Shown here one piece after another: positions 50,273-58,144 of a DNA stretch of 64,000 bases; within the stretch, counting starts at the first letter, position 1; each line of letters starts with the position of its first letter. The translations under genes were made by a program, and so were the position numbers. Where the stretch lies: the IMG/VR virus record IMGVR_UViG_3300034101_003554, positions 1 through 64,000 of that record. One strand, written 5' to 3'. The DNA comes from a virus. The notes below the pieces were generated by a model, which saw only the letters and a list, made by a program, of their open reading frames with translations, did not search any database and was not told the origin of the DNA.

Positions 50273-50590
50273 ATGAAAAAGAAAAAAAATATATTTACAA
50301 AAGAAATTAAGGTAGCCGATGCTAAGACATCTGTTAGTGAATTAATAAGAGAAACATTAATTAACTTCAGTTGGGGTTTCTTTGGTAATTCAATAGTTGT
50401 ATTTATGGCCAAAGAAATTGATCTTGCCGTATTGATTAATTTTTTATTATATTATATCTTAATATCTTATATTGTTAATCGTGCGAAATATGAAAGTAAT
50501 TTTGGTAAATTCATTGTTTTACCTGGTTCAGCGGCATTAGGAGCATTCACAGGATATAAAGTAGCACAAATTATTTCACAATTTTTGTAA
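50273..50590 (+). CDS. Membrane protein
   Basis: Three hydrophobic segments. Confidence 0.75.
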   Translation: MKKKKNIFTKEIKVADAKTSVSELIRETLINFSWGFFGNSIVVFMAKEIDLAVLINFLLYYILISYIVNRAKYESNFGKFIVLPGSAALGAFTGYKVAQIISQFL

Positions 50591-50617
50591 CTAATTTAAT
50601 ATAATATATTTATTAGT

Positions 50618-51106
50618 ATGAAACTTAATGAAGAAATAAAACGAATAAAAGGTTTAATGTTGGAAAACTCCGACCCTTTCACTATTTCAACAGCGGGTAG
50701 TATTAATATAACACCTGGTCTTCACATATCTATTAATAATGGTGAAGTTAAGATGGGTCATATTAATATGATTGATTTTGATAATGGAAAACATTATGAT
50801 TACTACCTACCAAGACTTTTGTATAATGTTAATGAATATTGTAAATCAAATTGTACTGAAAATTTATTCAATAATAATAACTCAATATATCTACACGATT
50901 TAGAAATTTTTAAACCTTACAGAGGTAAAGGTCTAAGTAATCGTCTAATGGACGAATGTCATAAATTAGGAAAAAATATGGGAGTTGACTACATTATTCT
51001 AATAACTGAATGTAATAATTATGTAGCCCAAAACTTATATAAAAAATATGGGTACGAAATTTATAGTTCAGATGGTATTGAAGACTTATTTTACAAAAAA
51101 ATTTAA
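50618..51106 (+). CDS. GNAT acetyltransferase with LNEE leader
   Basis: YRGKGLSNRLM ... NYVAQNLYKKYGY. Confidence 0.85.
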   Translation: MKLNEEIKRIKGLMLENSDPFTISTAGSINITPGLHISINNGEVKMGHINMIDFDNGKHYDYYLPRLLYNVNEYCKSNCTENLFNNNNSIYLHDLEIFKPYRGKGLSNRLMDECHKLGKNMGVDYIILITECNNYVAQNLYKKYGYEIYSSDGIEDLFYKKI

Positions 51107-51201
51107 AATAAAGACTCAACAACTTGATTAATTTTTGTAACAAACTTGACCTTTTGTATTATATCGTTATATTTAATAAAAAAATAGTAAAAACTTCACA
51201 A

Positions 51202-51273
51202 ATGAAACACAATCTCTATATGGACTTAACAACTAGAGCTGAGGGTAGAAATCCTCGGATGGAGATGGTATGA
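51202..51273 (+). CDS. Leader peptide of tRNA cluster 2 (MKHNLYMDLTTRAEGRNPRMEMV)
   Basis: Codons 5-16 all match cluster-2 amino acids; followed by a terminator. Confidence 0.8.
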   Translation: MKHNLYMDLTTRAEGRNPRMEMV

Positions 51274-51300
51274 TATAAGGTTTTAATTGTTAATAAAATC

Positions 51301-51339
51301 AAATCCATCTTCCTAAAAAAAAGATGGATTTTTTTTTTT
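51301..51339 (+). terminator. Attenuator terminator of tRNA cluster 2
   Basis: aaatccatctt/aagatggattt plus long T-tract; alternative pairing with ggagatgg at 51261-51268. Confidence 0.85.
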
Positions 51340-51346
51340 GAGAGTG

Positions 51347-51378
51347 TTTGAAAATGTGAATTAGTAATTGTATCTTTG
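51347..51378 (+). promoter_or_regulatory. Bacteroidota-type promoter followed by boxA-like TGTTCATTGAAA
   Basis: TTTG-N20-TATCTTTG. Confidence 0.7.
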
Positions 51379-51410
51379 TGATGTTCATTGAAATTGAGGG
51401 AAAAATATTT

Positions 51411-51485
51411 GGTACCATAGTTTAACGGCAAGAATATAAGGTTGTCACTCTTATGGTAGGGGTTCGATTCCCCTTGGTACCGCCA
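51411..51485 (+). tRNA. tRNA-Asp(GTC)
   Basis: Cloverleaf, G73, CCA. Confidence 0.9.
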
Positions 51486-51504
51486 AAAAAAAGTTTTAAA
51501 AGTT

Positions 51505-51534
51505 GGAACTAAATGAGATGAAGGTTGGTTTATA
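51505..51534 (+). promoter_or_regulatory. ECF-sigma-like promoter
   Basis: GGAACT-N16-GGTTTATA. Confidence 0.6.
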
Positions 51535-51559
51535 ATAATGTAACTTAAAAAAATAGATT

Positions 51560-51706
51560 ATGACAAACTTTATGATAAACTTTATTATTCTTGCTATTTT
51601 TATAATGCTTTTGGGTTTTATTGGTAACTATATCATAAAAAAATATCCAGATTCTTGGGTAGCAAAATGGTGGGATGATATGACTGATATTGGTCATTGG
51701 TGGTAA
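51560..51706 (+). CDS. Small membrane protein (48 aa)
   Basis: Read manually, after the ECF-like promoter. Confidence 0.55.
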   Translation: MTNFMINFIILAIFIMLLGFIGNYIIKKYPDSWVAKWWDDMTDIGHWW

Positions 51707-51890
51707 ATTAAAATAATATCTATGTCACGAGATTAAGATGTGACTTACGTTCTAAGGAGTTTACTTATTGTCAATTAGGGCGGACGAAGGCAACATAAGT
51801 TATATTATGGTGACTTGATATTCACCATAACGAATACAAGATATCAAAAAGAGAAGTGGAGAGTTCTTATTCAAAACTTCTCTTTATTTT

Positions 51891-52173
51891 GCCTAGGTGG
51901 TGTAATGGTAGCCACGCAAGACTTAAAAATTTGAGTGCTATTGGTGAAAACCTTTAAGTAGAACTCCGTAAATTCGGTGAAGCCTTTAAAATGGTAATAC
52001 CGAGCCAAGTTCAAGAAATTGAAAAGGTGTAGAGACTAGACACGGAGAACCTAAGTCGAAAGATATGGTTAAGGTATAGTCCAGACCACAAACTGAAAAG
52101 GTGGTGAAAACCATAGTGGTAAGAAAATCTTGTGACCAGTAAGGTCGTGCGGGTTCGAGTCCCGCCCTGGGTA
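51891..52173 (+). tRNA. tRNA-Leu(TAA) interrupted by a group I intron; exons 51891-51924 and 52124-52173
   Basis: Spliced arm caaga-ct TAA aa-tcttg; long variable arm. Confidence 0.9.
51925..52123 (+). mobile_element. Group I intron (trnL-UAA type), 199 nt, no ORF
   Basis: P1 with U.G pair; P AAATTCGGTGAA, Q AATACCGAGCC, R GTGTAGAGACTAGAC, S AAGGTATAGTCC; terminal G. Confidence 0.9.
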
Positions 52174-52195
52174 CAAAAAAAAAGTTTAAAAAAGA

Positions 52196-52227
52196 TTTGG
52201 AATTAAGAAAATCAAATCGTAATTTTG
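52196..52227 (+). promoter_or_regulatory. Bacteroidota-type promoter (duplicated at 52371-52402)
   Basis: TTTG-N20-TAATTTTG inside an approximately 58-bp direct repeat. Confidence 0.7.
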
Positions 52228-52236
52228 TGAGACAAT

Positions 52237-52348
52237 AGTCAGGTGGCGAAATGGTAGACGCACATCCGCAGGTGATTTAGTTTGAGGATACAGCGGCAGT
52301 CGAGGTCACAAACATATACAAATATAGGTTCGAATCCTATCCTGACTA
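52237..52348 (+). ncRNA. tRNA-shell RNA 5 (112 nt)
   Basis: agtcagg/cctgact-A, Leu-like D-arm, T-arm. Confidence 0.75.
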
Positions 52349-52417
52349 CAAAAAAAAAGTTTAAAAAAGATTTGGAATTAAGAAAATGAAATCGTAATTT
52401 TGTGACACAATAAAAAC

Positions 52418-52490
52418 GCACCATTCGACAAGGGGTATAAGTCACCTCCCTTTCACGGAGGAGTCACGGGTTCGAATCCCGTATGGTGTA
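52418..52490 (+). tRNA. tRNA-Glu(TTC)
   Basis: cctcc-ct TTC ac-ggagg. Confidence 0.92.
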
Positions 52491-52542
52491 CAAATCTCAG
52501 AAGTAATTAATCTGGGGCTGAGAGGTTCGAAACTCACGGAAA

Positions 52543-52642
52543 TGATTATGGTGTAGGCGCACGGAAAGATAAAGTATGAGAATGGTAAGTACCCATTAAA
52601 GAAATTGACATCAGGATTAAGGTTCGAATCCTTATTAATCAA
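52543..52642 (+). ncRNA. Degenerate tRNA-shell-like element
   Basis: tgatta/taatca stem plus taagg-ttcgaat-cctta T-arm. Confidence 0.35.
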
Positions 52643-52651
52643 CAAACATTA

Positions 52652-52723
52652 TGCAAGGAAGGGCAACGGTCGTCCGCTAGGCTCATAACCTAGAAGCTGT
52701 GGGTTCGATTCCCACCCTTGCGT
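52652..52723 (+). tRNA. tRNA-Met(CAT), possibly initiator-like
   Basis: ctagg-ct CAT aa-cctag; non-Watson-Crick 1:72 pair. Confidence 0.8.
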
Positions 52724-52732
52724 CAAACAAAT

Positions 52733-52807
52733 TGCAAGATGGACTGGAGGTGGTTCCAGCTCGGTCTCATAAGCCGTACCATGTGGGTTCGACTCCCACT
52801 CTTGCAA
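52733..52807 (+). tRNA. tRNA-Met(CAT)
   Basis: cggt-ct CAT aa-gccg. Confidence 0.82.
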
Positions 52808-53079
52808 CTAAACAACTTAACTAATGGCGGTAACTGATTAGTAAAATAATCGAACTAAAGCAATCTAATGGAAGTTGAGTAGCGTCTAATATAGTAGTTT
52901 TATAATACTTGCACTACAAATGGGTATTAAATTAACAGGTTGGGAATCTGACTACATAATATTAGTGTTAGGTGGACTTAAATAAGTGAACACCTGTGTA
53001 ACGGGTTGAAAACTTTACGATTGAAATGTCGACCATTTGGGTTAAGTTCTATTTGTAGTAGAACTTGTAAGTTGTAAAA

Positions 53080-53165
53080 GGGTGTCTATCCAAATTGGTG
53101 AAGGAAGCTGTCTGTAAAACAGTTGCCACGTGCTAAACTTGGGGGTTCGAATCCCTCGGCACCCA
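53080..53165 (+). tRNA. tRNA-Tyr(GTA)
   Basis: gctgt-ct GTA aa-acagt, long variable region. Confidence 0.88.
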
Positions 53166-53377
53166 CAAAAGAAATGAAACCTTACATAGGATGGATTAGC
53201 ACCATTGAAAGAGAACTTGGCTCTCATAGGATCGCAACCTAAATCGAGAGTAATAATGACCCAAGTTGTTATGTAGGAGACCCTGCTCTACTGTGCACGG
53301 TATCAGGCTATGGGGAACAAACCATCGTAAAACTCTTGCCCATATAATACTTATGGAAGGACTTTCATTTCTAATTT

Positions 53378-53452
53378 GCAGTAATAGCTCAATGGTAGAG
53401 TTCTTGTCTTCCAAACAAGATGTTGCGAGTTCGAGTCTCGCTTACTGCTCCA
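53378..53452 (+). tRNA. tRNA-Gly(TCC)
   Basis: U73, CCA. Confidence 0.92.
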
Positions 53453-53468
53453 AATTTAAAAATTCATT

Positions 53469-53681
53469 ATGAATCAGTCTGAATTTAGAAATCTTAGAAC
53501 TGGGGATAAAATCCATATTAAGTCTCGTGATGGTTTATATACCTTCTTAACAAAAGACTTTATAACTGGTGAAATTCATATAACTTGTAAAAGATGGAAA
53601 TATGAAGATTCCCCAATCAGAGTAACAAGTTTTGATGATTTCAAATGTTTGGCTGGTGGATTATGGAGAAAAATTATGTAA
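53469..53681 (+). CDS. Hypothetical protein
   Basis: 70 aa. Confidence 0.65.
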   Translation: MNQSEFRNLRTGDKIHIKSRDGLYTFLTKDFITGEIHITCKRWKYEDSPIRVTSFDDFKCLAGGLWRKIM

Positions 53682-53754
53682 TAGGAGAAAGTAAGTCGGT
53701 TGGTGTATAGCTTCCTTACGTCTAAAATTTAAGCACAATTACATAATACAAAAA

Positions 53755-53831
53755 GGGGGATTAGCTCATTCAGCAAGAGCACTTGTTTTGCACACAAGAG
53801 GTGGTCGGAGCAAAGCCGACATCCTCCACCA
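53755..53831 (+). tRNA. tRNA-Ala(TGC)
   Basis: G3.U70 pair, CCA; atypical T-loop. Confidence 0.9.
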
Positions 53832-53860
53832 AAAAATAAACGTTGTTTTAAATTTAATTT

Positions 53861-54466
53861 ATGAAAAAATTTTTAGTATTTTTAGTATTATTTGTATTAT
53901 TGACATCTTGGTCATATACACCCCCACGTAGGGTATTATATATCGGTGATAGTTTAACCTGTGCTCCTGGTGGGTGGCAGGATCAAGTTTCAAAACATTT
54001 TGGATATCAAAGTCTCAATCTAGCAAAAGGTGGTGTTAGAACGGATTATATGAGAACGACAATGAATGCTTGTTTTAAAAAAGATTCAGCTTTCTCTCAG
54101 GTATTCATTTATGGTGGATGTAACGATGCTTTTTCTATGGTAGATTTACAAGGGGCGGTGAATAACATTCAGATGATGGTTGATAGTTGTAATAGAAGAG
54201 GAATTGAACCTATTGTAATTGTGGGTTTTAATCCAGCTCAAGTAACAACAAAGACTGTGTATGACGCAGAAACAACCAAGAGATGTGTTGGAAGATACAT
54301 TGAGTTTCAAAAACTAATGGTTAAAGAAAAAACTGGATTAAAGAATTGTAAAATAATTCCTATGGACACTACAATGTTTTATAGTGATACTTGGGATGGA
54401 ATTCACTTCGCACCTTCTGGACATAAGAAATTTTCTACTTGGGTTATAAATAATATGGAAAAATGA
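53861..54466 (+). CDS. Secreted SGNH/GDSL hydrolase
   Basis: Signal peptide; IGDSLT, GGCND, DGIH; resembles the SGNH domain of 32355..33932. Confidence 0.88.
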   Translation: MKKFLVFLVLFVLLTSWSYTPPRRVLYIGDSLTCAPGGWQDQVSKHFGYQSLNLAKGGVRTDYMRTTMNACFKKDSAFSQVFIYGGCNDAFSMVDLQGAVNNIQMMVDSCNRRGIEPIVIVGFNPAQVTTKTVYDAETTKRCVGRYIEFQKLMVKEKTGLKNCKIIPMDTTMFYSDTWDGIHFAPSGHKKFSTWVINNMEK

Positions 54467-54714
54467 AAAAAATATTTTGGTTTTCAACTTTAATCACTAT
54501 CTTTGTATCCTGTTACAAACACCCCACAATAGAACCTGGTGATATTGTTAAGAAGTGTGTGATTGATACGATGTATATTACAGAATCTCCATCTACAATT
54601 GAATTTGGTAAAAGATATAATTATAAAACCGATTGTGATGAATTGATAATGACAAGAAGAAGTGATGTATATAAAATAGGGGATACAATAACCTATGTTT
54701 ATAAAAGAAGATAA
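54463..54714 (+). CDS. Putative lipoprotein
   Basis: Lipobox FVSC. Confidence 0.7.
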   Translation: MKKIFWFSTLITIFVSCYKHPTIEPGDIVKKCVIDTMYITESPSTIEFGKRYNYKTDCDELIMTRRSDVYKIGDTITYVYKRR

Positions 54715-54720
54715 TTATTT

Positions 54721-54806
54721 GCCGTTTTCGCATAGTGGTTGATTGCACTGGATTTGTAACCCAGTTCCGTTAGGACACGTCAGTTCGAATCTGACAAACG
54801 GCTCCA
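54721..54806 (+). tRNA. tRNA-Thr(TGT) with long variable arm
   Basis: TGT anticodon; tcc-gtta-gga extra stem; CCA. Confidence 0.88.
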
Positions 54807-55142
54807 AAAATCCCAATTGATGTAGATAGATTGGGTGGTCTGCAAGCCTCAATTGCCGTATTTGGTTAATATGTTAACCTAACCACGTATTATGGTTAAT
54901 ATGTCACTATAACTAGGGGTCGCCAAGACCAGATTGTTGGCAGTTTACACGAGATAGTCACTCGCATTTTCTACAAAAGGCAAAAAACACTAGTCCGTTT
55001 CTACTGGATGAGGGGGTATTGAAAAAGTGTAGCTAACTTGGAAGATACCCCAAAATTTTTTAAAAAAAAACATAGGAAAAAGTGAATAATTCAGGAAGAA
55101 CAACTATCTTTGTCTTATTAATCACTGAAACACATAATCACA

Positions 55143-55373
55143 ATGGCTAAAGAGAAAAAAACAATCCAAGTTGAGTTATTAAAAGAATTCGCAAACAACT
55201 ATTTGGCTATTCCAATGGTTTCTATCCAAGAAAAAATGGGCATTATCACAATGATTGAAAAGGTTCTACATGAATCCAATGCTTATAAAGGCTATATGTA
55301 TTTGAAACTTGAAGAAAACAATACCCCACCAGCATTTGAAACTGAGGGGTGGGTAACAAGAAAATATTTTTAG
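55143..55373 (+). CDS. Hypothetical protein
   Basis: 76 aa after a TATCTTTG box. Confidence 0.7.
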   Translation: MAKEKKTIQVELLKEFANNYLAIPMVSIQEKMGIITMIEKVLHESNAYKGYMYLKLEENNTPPAFETEGWVTRKYF

Positions 55374-55488
55374 TGGTTGTGACACCTAATAATTCACAAG
55401 TAGTGGTTGACACTTAGAATGTTACCTGACTTTAAGGTTTGGAATAGAAAAACCGAAAACTTTTAAAACTTTTAAAACTTTGAATATT

Positions 55489-55752
55489 ATGGCACTTATT
55501 TATGTAATCTTGGATAGCAACGATAGAATTCCTATTCTAACTGCAAGTAGTATTGAAAAAGCTGAATTACTTTTGAATCAATATATGGGTGTTGAAGGTC
55601 CTATATTTGATGAAAGTGTTGAGTATATAGGTTTTGAACCATTTGATGACAGAGGTTATTACACAATTTATGAAGGCGAATACAAATATAAGACAGAAGA
55701 TGGTGAACAAAGATTCATGAGATATTGTATGGGATTAGATAGTTTAGATTAA
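55489..55752 (+). CDS. Hypothetical protein
   Basis: ATG start MALIY. Confidence 0.7.
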   Translation: MALIYVILDSNDRIPILTASSIEKAELLLNQYMGVEGPIFDESVEYIGFEPFDDRGYYTIYEGEYKYKTEDGEQRFMRYCMGLDSLD

Positions 55753-55822
55753 AAATTATGGTAAAGATTGTAATTTTGTGAACTATTTTTTATTCTAAAT
55801 ATTTATTATTAAAAATAAAACT

Positions 55823-56272
55823 ATGAGTAAAGAAATGAGGAAATTTATAGACGCATTCAAAAAATTCAATTTGAATGAAAGTGTTACTAATGTATATAAA
55901 CGAGATGATGATGATGATGATTCACCTATTATAATTGAAGGTGAAATAGAATATGATGATGATGTATTTTATTACAAAGTCGAGTATCACGATGATTTCG
56001 GATATAAAGTATTTGAAGTAACATCAGAAGAAAATGAAGATGTTGAAGATTTTTTTGATGATGATGAATATGAAGAATTATTAGGTTTAATAATTGATGA
56101 TGTAAAATCAGAAAGATATAAAGAAAAAGAAATATCCACTAAGTGGGTTGCTATTGATACCAGAAATGGTAGAGTAATACACAGAAGTAAAAATCATATT
56201 GATAGAAAATTTGTTGCTGAATTGTATGATATACCAAAATCTTTTATAGAAATTAAAATAGAGACAAGGTAA
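55823..56272 (+). CDS. Acidic protein with LNE leader
   Basis: MSKEMRKFIDAFKKFNLNES. Confidence 0.8.
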   Translation: MSKEMRKFIDAFKKFNLNESVTNVYKRDDDDDDSPIIIEGEIEYDDDVFYYKVEYHDDFGYKVFEVTSEENEDVEDFFDDDEYEELLGLIIDDVKSERYKEKEISTKWVAIDTRNGRVIHRSKNHIDRKFVAELYDIPKSFIEIKIETR

Positions 56273-56310
56273 AAATTATTACACATAACATAAATATATA
56301 TGTAACTTTT

Positions 56311-56452
56311 AGTCCTATGGCGGAAGTAGACGCTGTGGTGCAAATCCACTTAGCCCAAAGGGGGTTACAATATAGAGGTTCAATTCCTCTACTGGCACGG
56401 ATGTGTCAGATTGGCGTTGTTGTAAATACAGGTTCGAATCCTGTCAGGACTA
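56311..56452 (+). ncRNA. tRNA-shell RNA 6 (142 nt)
   Basis: Shell with two extra T-loop-like hairpins inside. Confidence 0.75.
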
Positions 56453-56487
56453 CAAAATAAATTTTTTAACAAACTTAAATTTTAATT

Positions 56488-56655
56488 ATGAGTGATTTAG
56501 AAACAAAACTTCAAATTTTACAAGAGCAATTAAAACTCAACAATGAAAAACTTGAACATATGAGAGATGAAATAAAGTTTAGTAAAACTTTTATTTATTT
56601 TGATTTAGCATTGTTGGGATTAATTTTGTTATACGTAATTTTGTTTGTAATTTAA
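56488..56655 (+). CDS. Small coiled-coil plus transmembrane protein (55 aa)
   Basis: Read manually. Confidence 0.6.
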   Translation: MSDLETKLQILQEQLKLNNEKLEHMRDEIKFSKTFIYFDLALLGLILLYVILFVI

Positions 56656-56665
56656 AGTGGAATTT

Positions 56666-56737
56666 AGTCCTGTAGCCAAATTGGTAAAGGCCTCATGTAT
56701 GGATGAGAGAGTATGGGTTCGAATCCTGTCGGGACTA
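56666..56737 (+). ncRNA. tRNA-shell RNA 7 (72 nt, 6-nt anticodon-position loop)
   Basis: agtcctg/cgggact-A; ctcat-gtatgg-atgag. Confidence 0.7.
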
Positions 56738-56759
56738 TTAAAAAATAATTCTAACCTTT

Positions 56760-56789
56760 GGAACTAAATGATAGGTAAAAAGGTTTATA
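56760..56789 (+). promoter_or_regulatory. ECF-sigma-like promoter
   Basis: GGAACT-N16-GGTTTATA. Confidence 0.6.
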
Positions 56790-56831
56790 GTTATGTAAGT
56801 TGAATATTAACACACAAAAAAATTAAAAATT

Positions 56832-57002
56832 ATGAATATAGAAGATGTAAAAAAATTAATTAAGGAAAACCTTAAAATTAGTGTAGAAACTCTCACTAGA
56901 GGTAGTGAATGTTCGTATAATGAAAAAACATATGTTAAATTAATTTTTCTTGATGAAGTTATTTCAGAAACAGAAATTGAAAAACTTAGTGAAGATAGAT
57001 AA
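56832..57002 (+). CDS. Small hypothetical protein (56 aa)
   Basis: Read manually. Confidence 0.6.
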   Translation: MNIEDVKKLIKENLKISVETLTRGSECSYNEKTYVKLIFLDEVISETEIEKLSEDR

Positions 57003-57042
57003 TAATTTTATGTTTTATAACATAAATATATATGTAACTTTT

Positions 57043-57187
57043 AGTCCTATGGCGGAAGTAGACGCTGTGAGAGTATGTGTATGGCTCTGTTAGGTTCGTG
57101 TAACGCTATTAACGGGAATTAGTAGATGATTTCAAAGATAAAAGCACATACAAAATCTACGTATAGGTTCAAATCCTATTAGGACTA
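57043..57187 (+). ncRNA. tRNA-shell RNA 8 (145 nt)
   Basis: agtccta/taggact-A; upstream and 5' end identical to shell 6. Confidence 0.75.
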
Positions 57188-57289
57188 CAACATTTAAAAC
57201 ATCAACTCGTAAAGAAAATGATGGCAAAGAGGTTCAGATTAAAGGTAACGGGCTCCTACCTACCCTGAACAAGATGTTTTAATTAATAT

Positions 57290-57403
57290 GGTCAAGTGGC
57301 GGAATGGAAGACGCTAAGTAAGATGGTGTACGTTTGTCCCATAAGAAAGACCGATGCAACAGAAATGTGAAGGGTCGTATAGGTTCAAATCCTATCTTGA
57401 CTA
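57290..57403 (+). ncRNA. tRNA-shell RNA 9 (114 nt)
   Basis: ggtcaag/cttgact-A, Leu-like D-arm, T-arm. Confidence 0.75.
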
Positions 57404-57415
57404 CAATATATATTA

Positions 57416-57488
57416 GCACCCATAGCTCAACTGGAAGAGCAATTGCCTTCTAAGCAATAGGTTACAGGTTCGAATCCTGTTGGGTGTA
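57416..57488 (+). tRNA. tRNA-Arg(TCT)
   Basis: attgc-ct TCT aa-gcaat. Confidence 0.92.
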
Positions 57489-57595
57489 CTAAATTTTAAA
57501 GAAGTACAAGAGTTCTATTTCTATGTAAATTGATAACTTAAAATCTAACGGCTTTCAAAAACGCAGAATATAGTTTATTAAAATTCCGACCTTCA

Positions 57596-57931
57596 GTGGT
57601 ATTGGATGAACAAGTAAATGTTGGTATTTTAATCTTTCTTAAAGAAGATTCAAAACTACAATTCATCTATCCAAATTCATTGACACGATTAACATATCTT
57701 TTTCCAAATATTGATTTAAATTGTATTAAAGAAAAATTGGAGAATTTTAAAAGTCGTGTTAATCAATTCAACACAGATGGATTAACAAATTTTGAGTCCA
57801 TTAGAGACGAACATTTGCTTATATTGGATGATAATAGTTTTTTCTTCAGTAATACAATTAATACCAAATACACCAATAGTGATGGTATTCTAAAACATTA
57901 CACTGAAAAATATTTTTTATCTTACAAATAA
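57596..57931 (+). CDS. DUF3037-like protein, start uncertain
   Basis: In-frame YSLLKFRPSVVLDEQVNVGIL begins upstream of the GTG with no ATG. Confidence 0.5.
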   Translation: MVLDEQVNVGILIFLKEDSKLQFIYPNSLTRLTYLFPNIDLNCIKEKLENFKSRVNQFNTDGLTNFESIRDEHLLILDDNSFFFSNTINTKYTNSDGILKHYTEKYFLSYK

Positions 57932-57957
57932 ATCATTATATTATTTAAAAAAAAATT

Positions 57958-58143
57958 ATGAAATTTAAAGTAGGAGACAAAGTTTACAAACCAAAAGGTT
58001 ACAAATTCCCAGGTATAGTTGTTGCGGTATTCCAAACCACATCTGGTGAAACAAGAATTGTTGCAGAATTAATTGACAATGGTATGTTGCACATATTTAG
58101 TGAGAGTCAGCTAGAACTTGATAATGATGAAAAAAATGATTAA
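57958..58143 (+). CDS. Small SH3-like barrel protein
   Basis: FKVGDKVYKPKGYKFPGIVV...LHIFSESQL. Confidence 0.7.
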   Translation: MKFKVGDKVYKPKGYKFPGIVVAVFQTTSGETRIVAELIDNGMLHIFSESQLELDNDEKND

Positions 58144-58144
58144 T

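Noticed and set aside
52514-52645. tmRNA (GGGGCTGA start)
   Set aside because: No matching 3' acceptor strand ending in CCA and no tag ORF at a suitable distance
53170-53372. 6S RNA
   Set aside because: The size fits, but visible pairings are multibranched rather than a rod with a central bubble
43338-53472. Track ORFs overlapping tRNAs (e.g. 43338, 45170, 45660, 47921, 51216, 52239, 52442, 53042, 53196, 53266)
   Set aside because: They overlap clear tRNA, shell or attenuator sequences and lack plausible starts
43843-57403. CRISPR array formed by the repeated acaggttcgaatcctgtcaggact sequence
   Set aside because: The repeats are T-arm/acceptor halves at irregular, long spacing, and no cas genes are present
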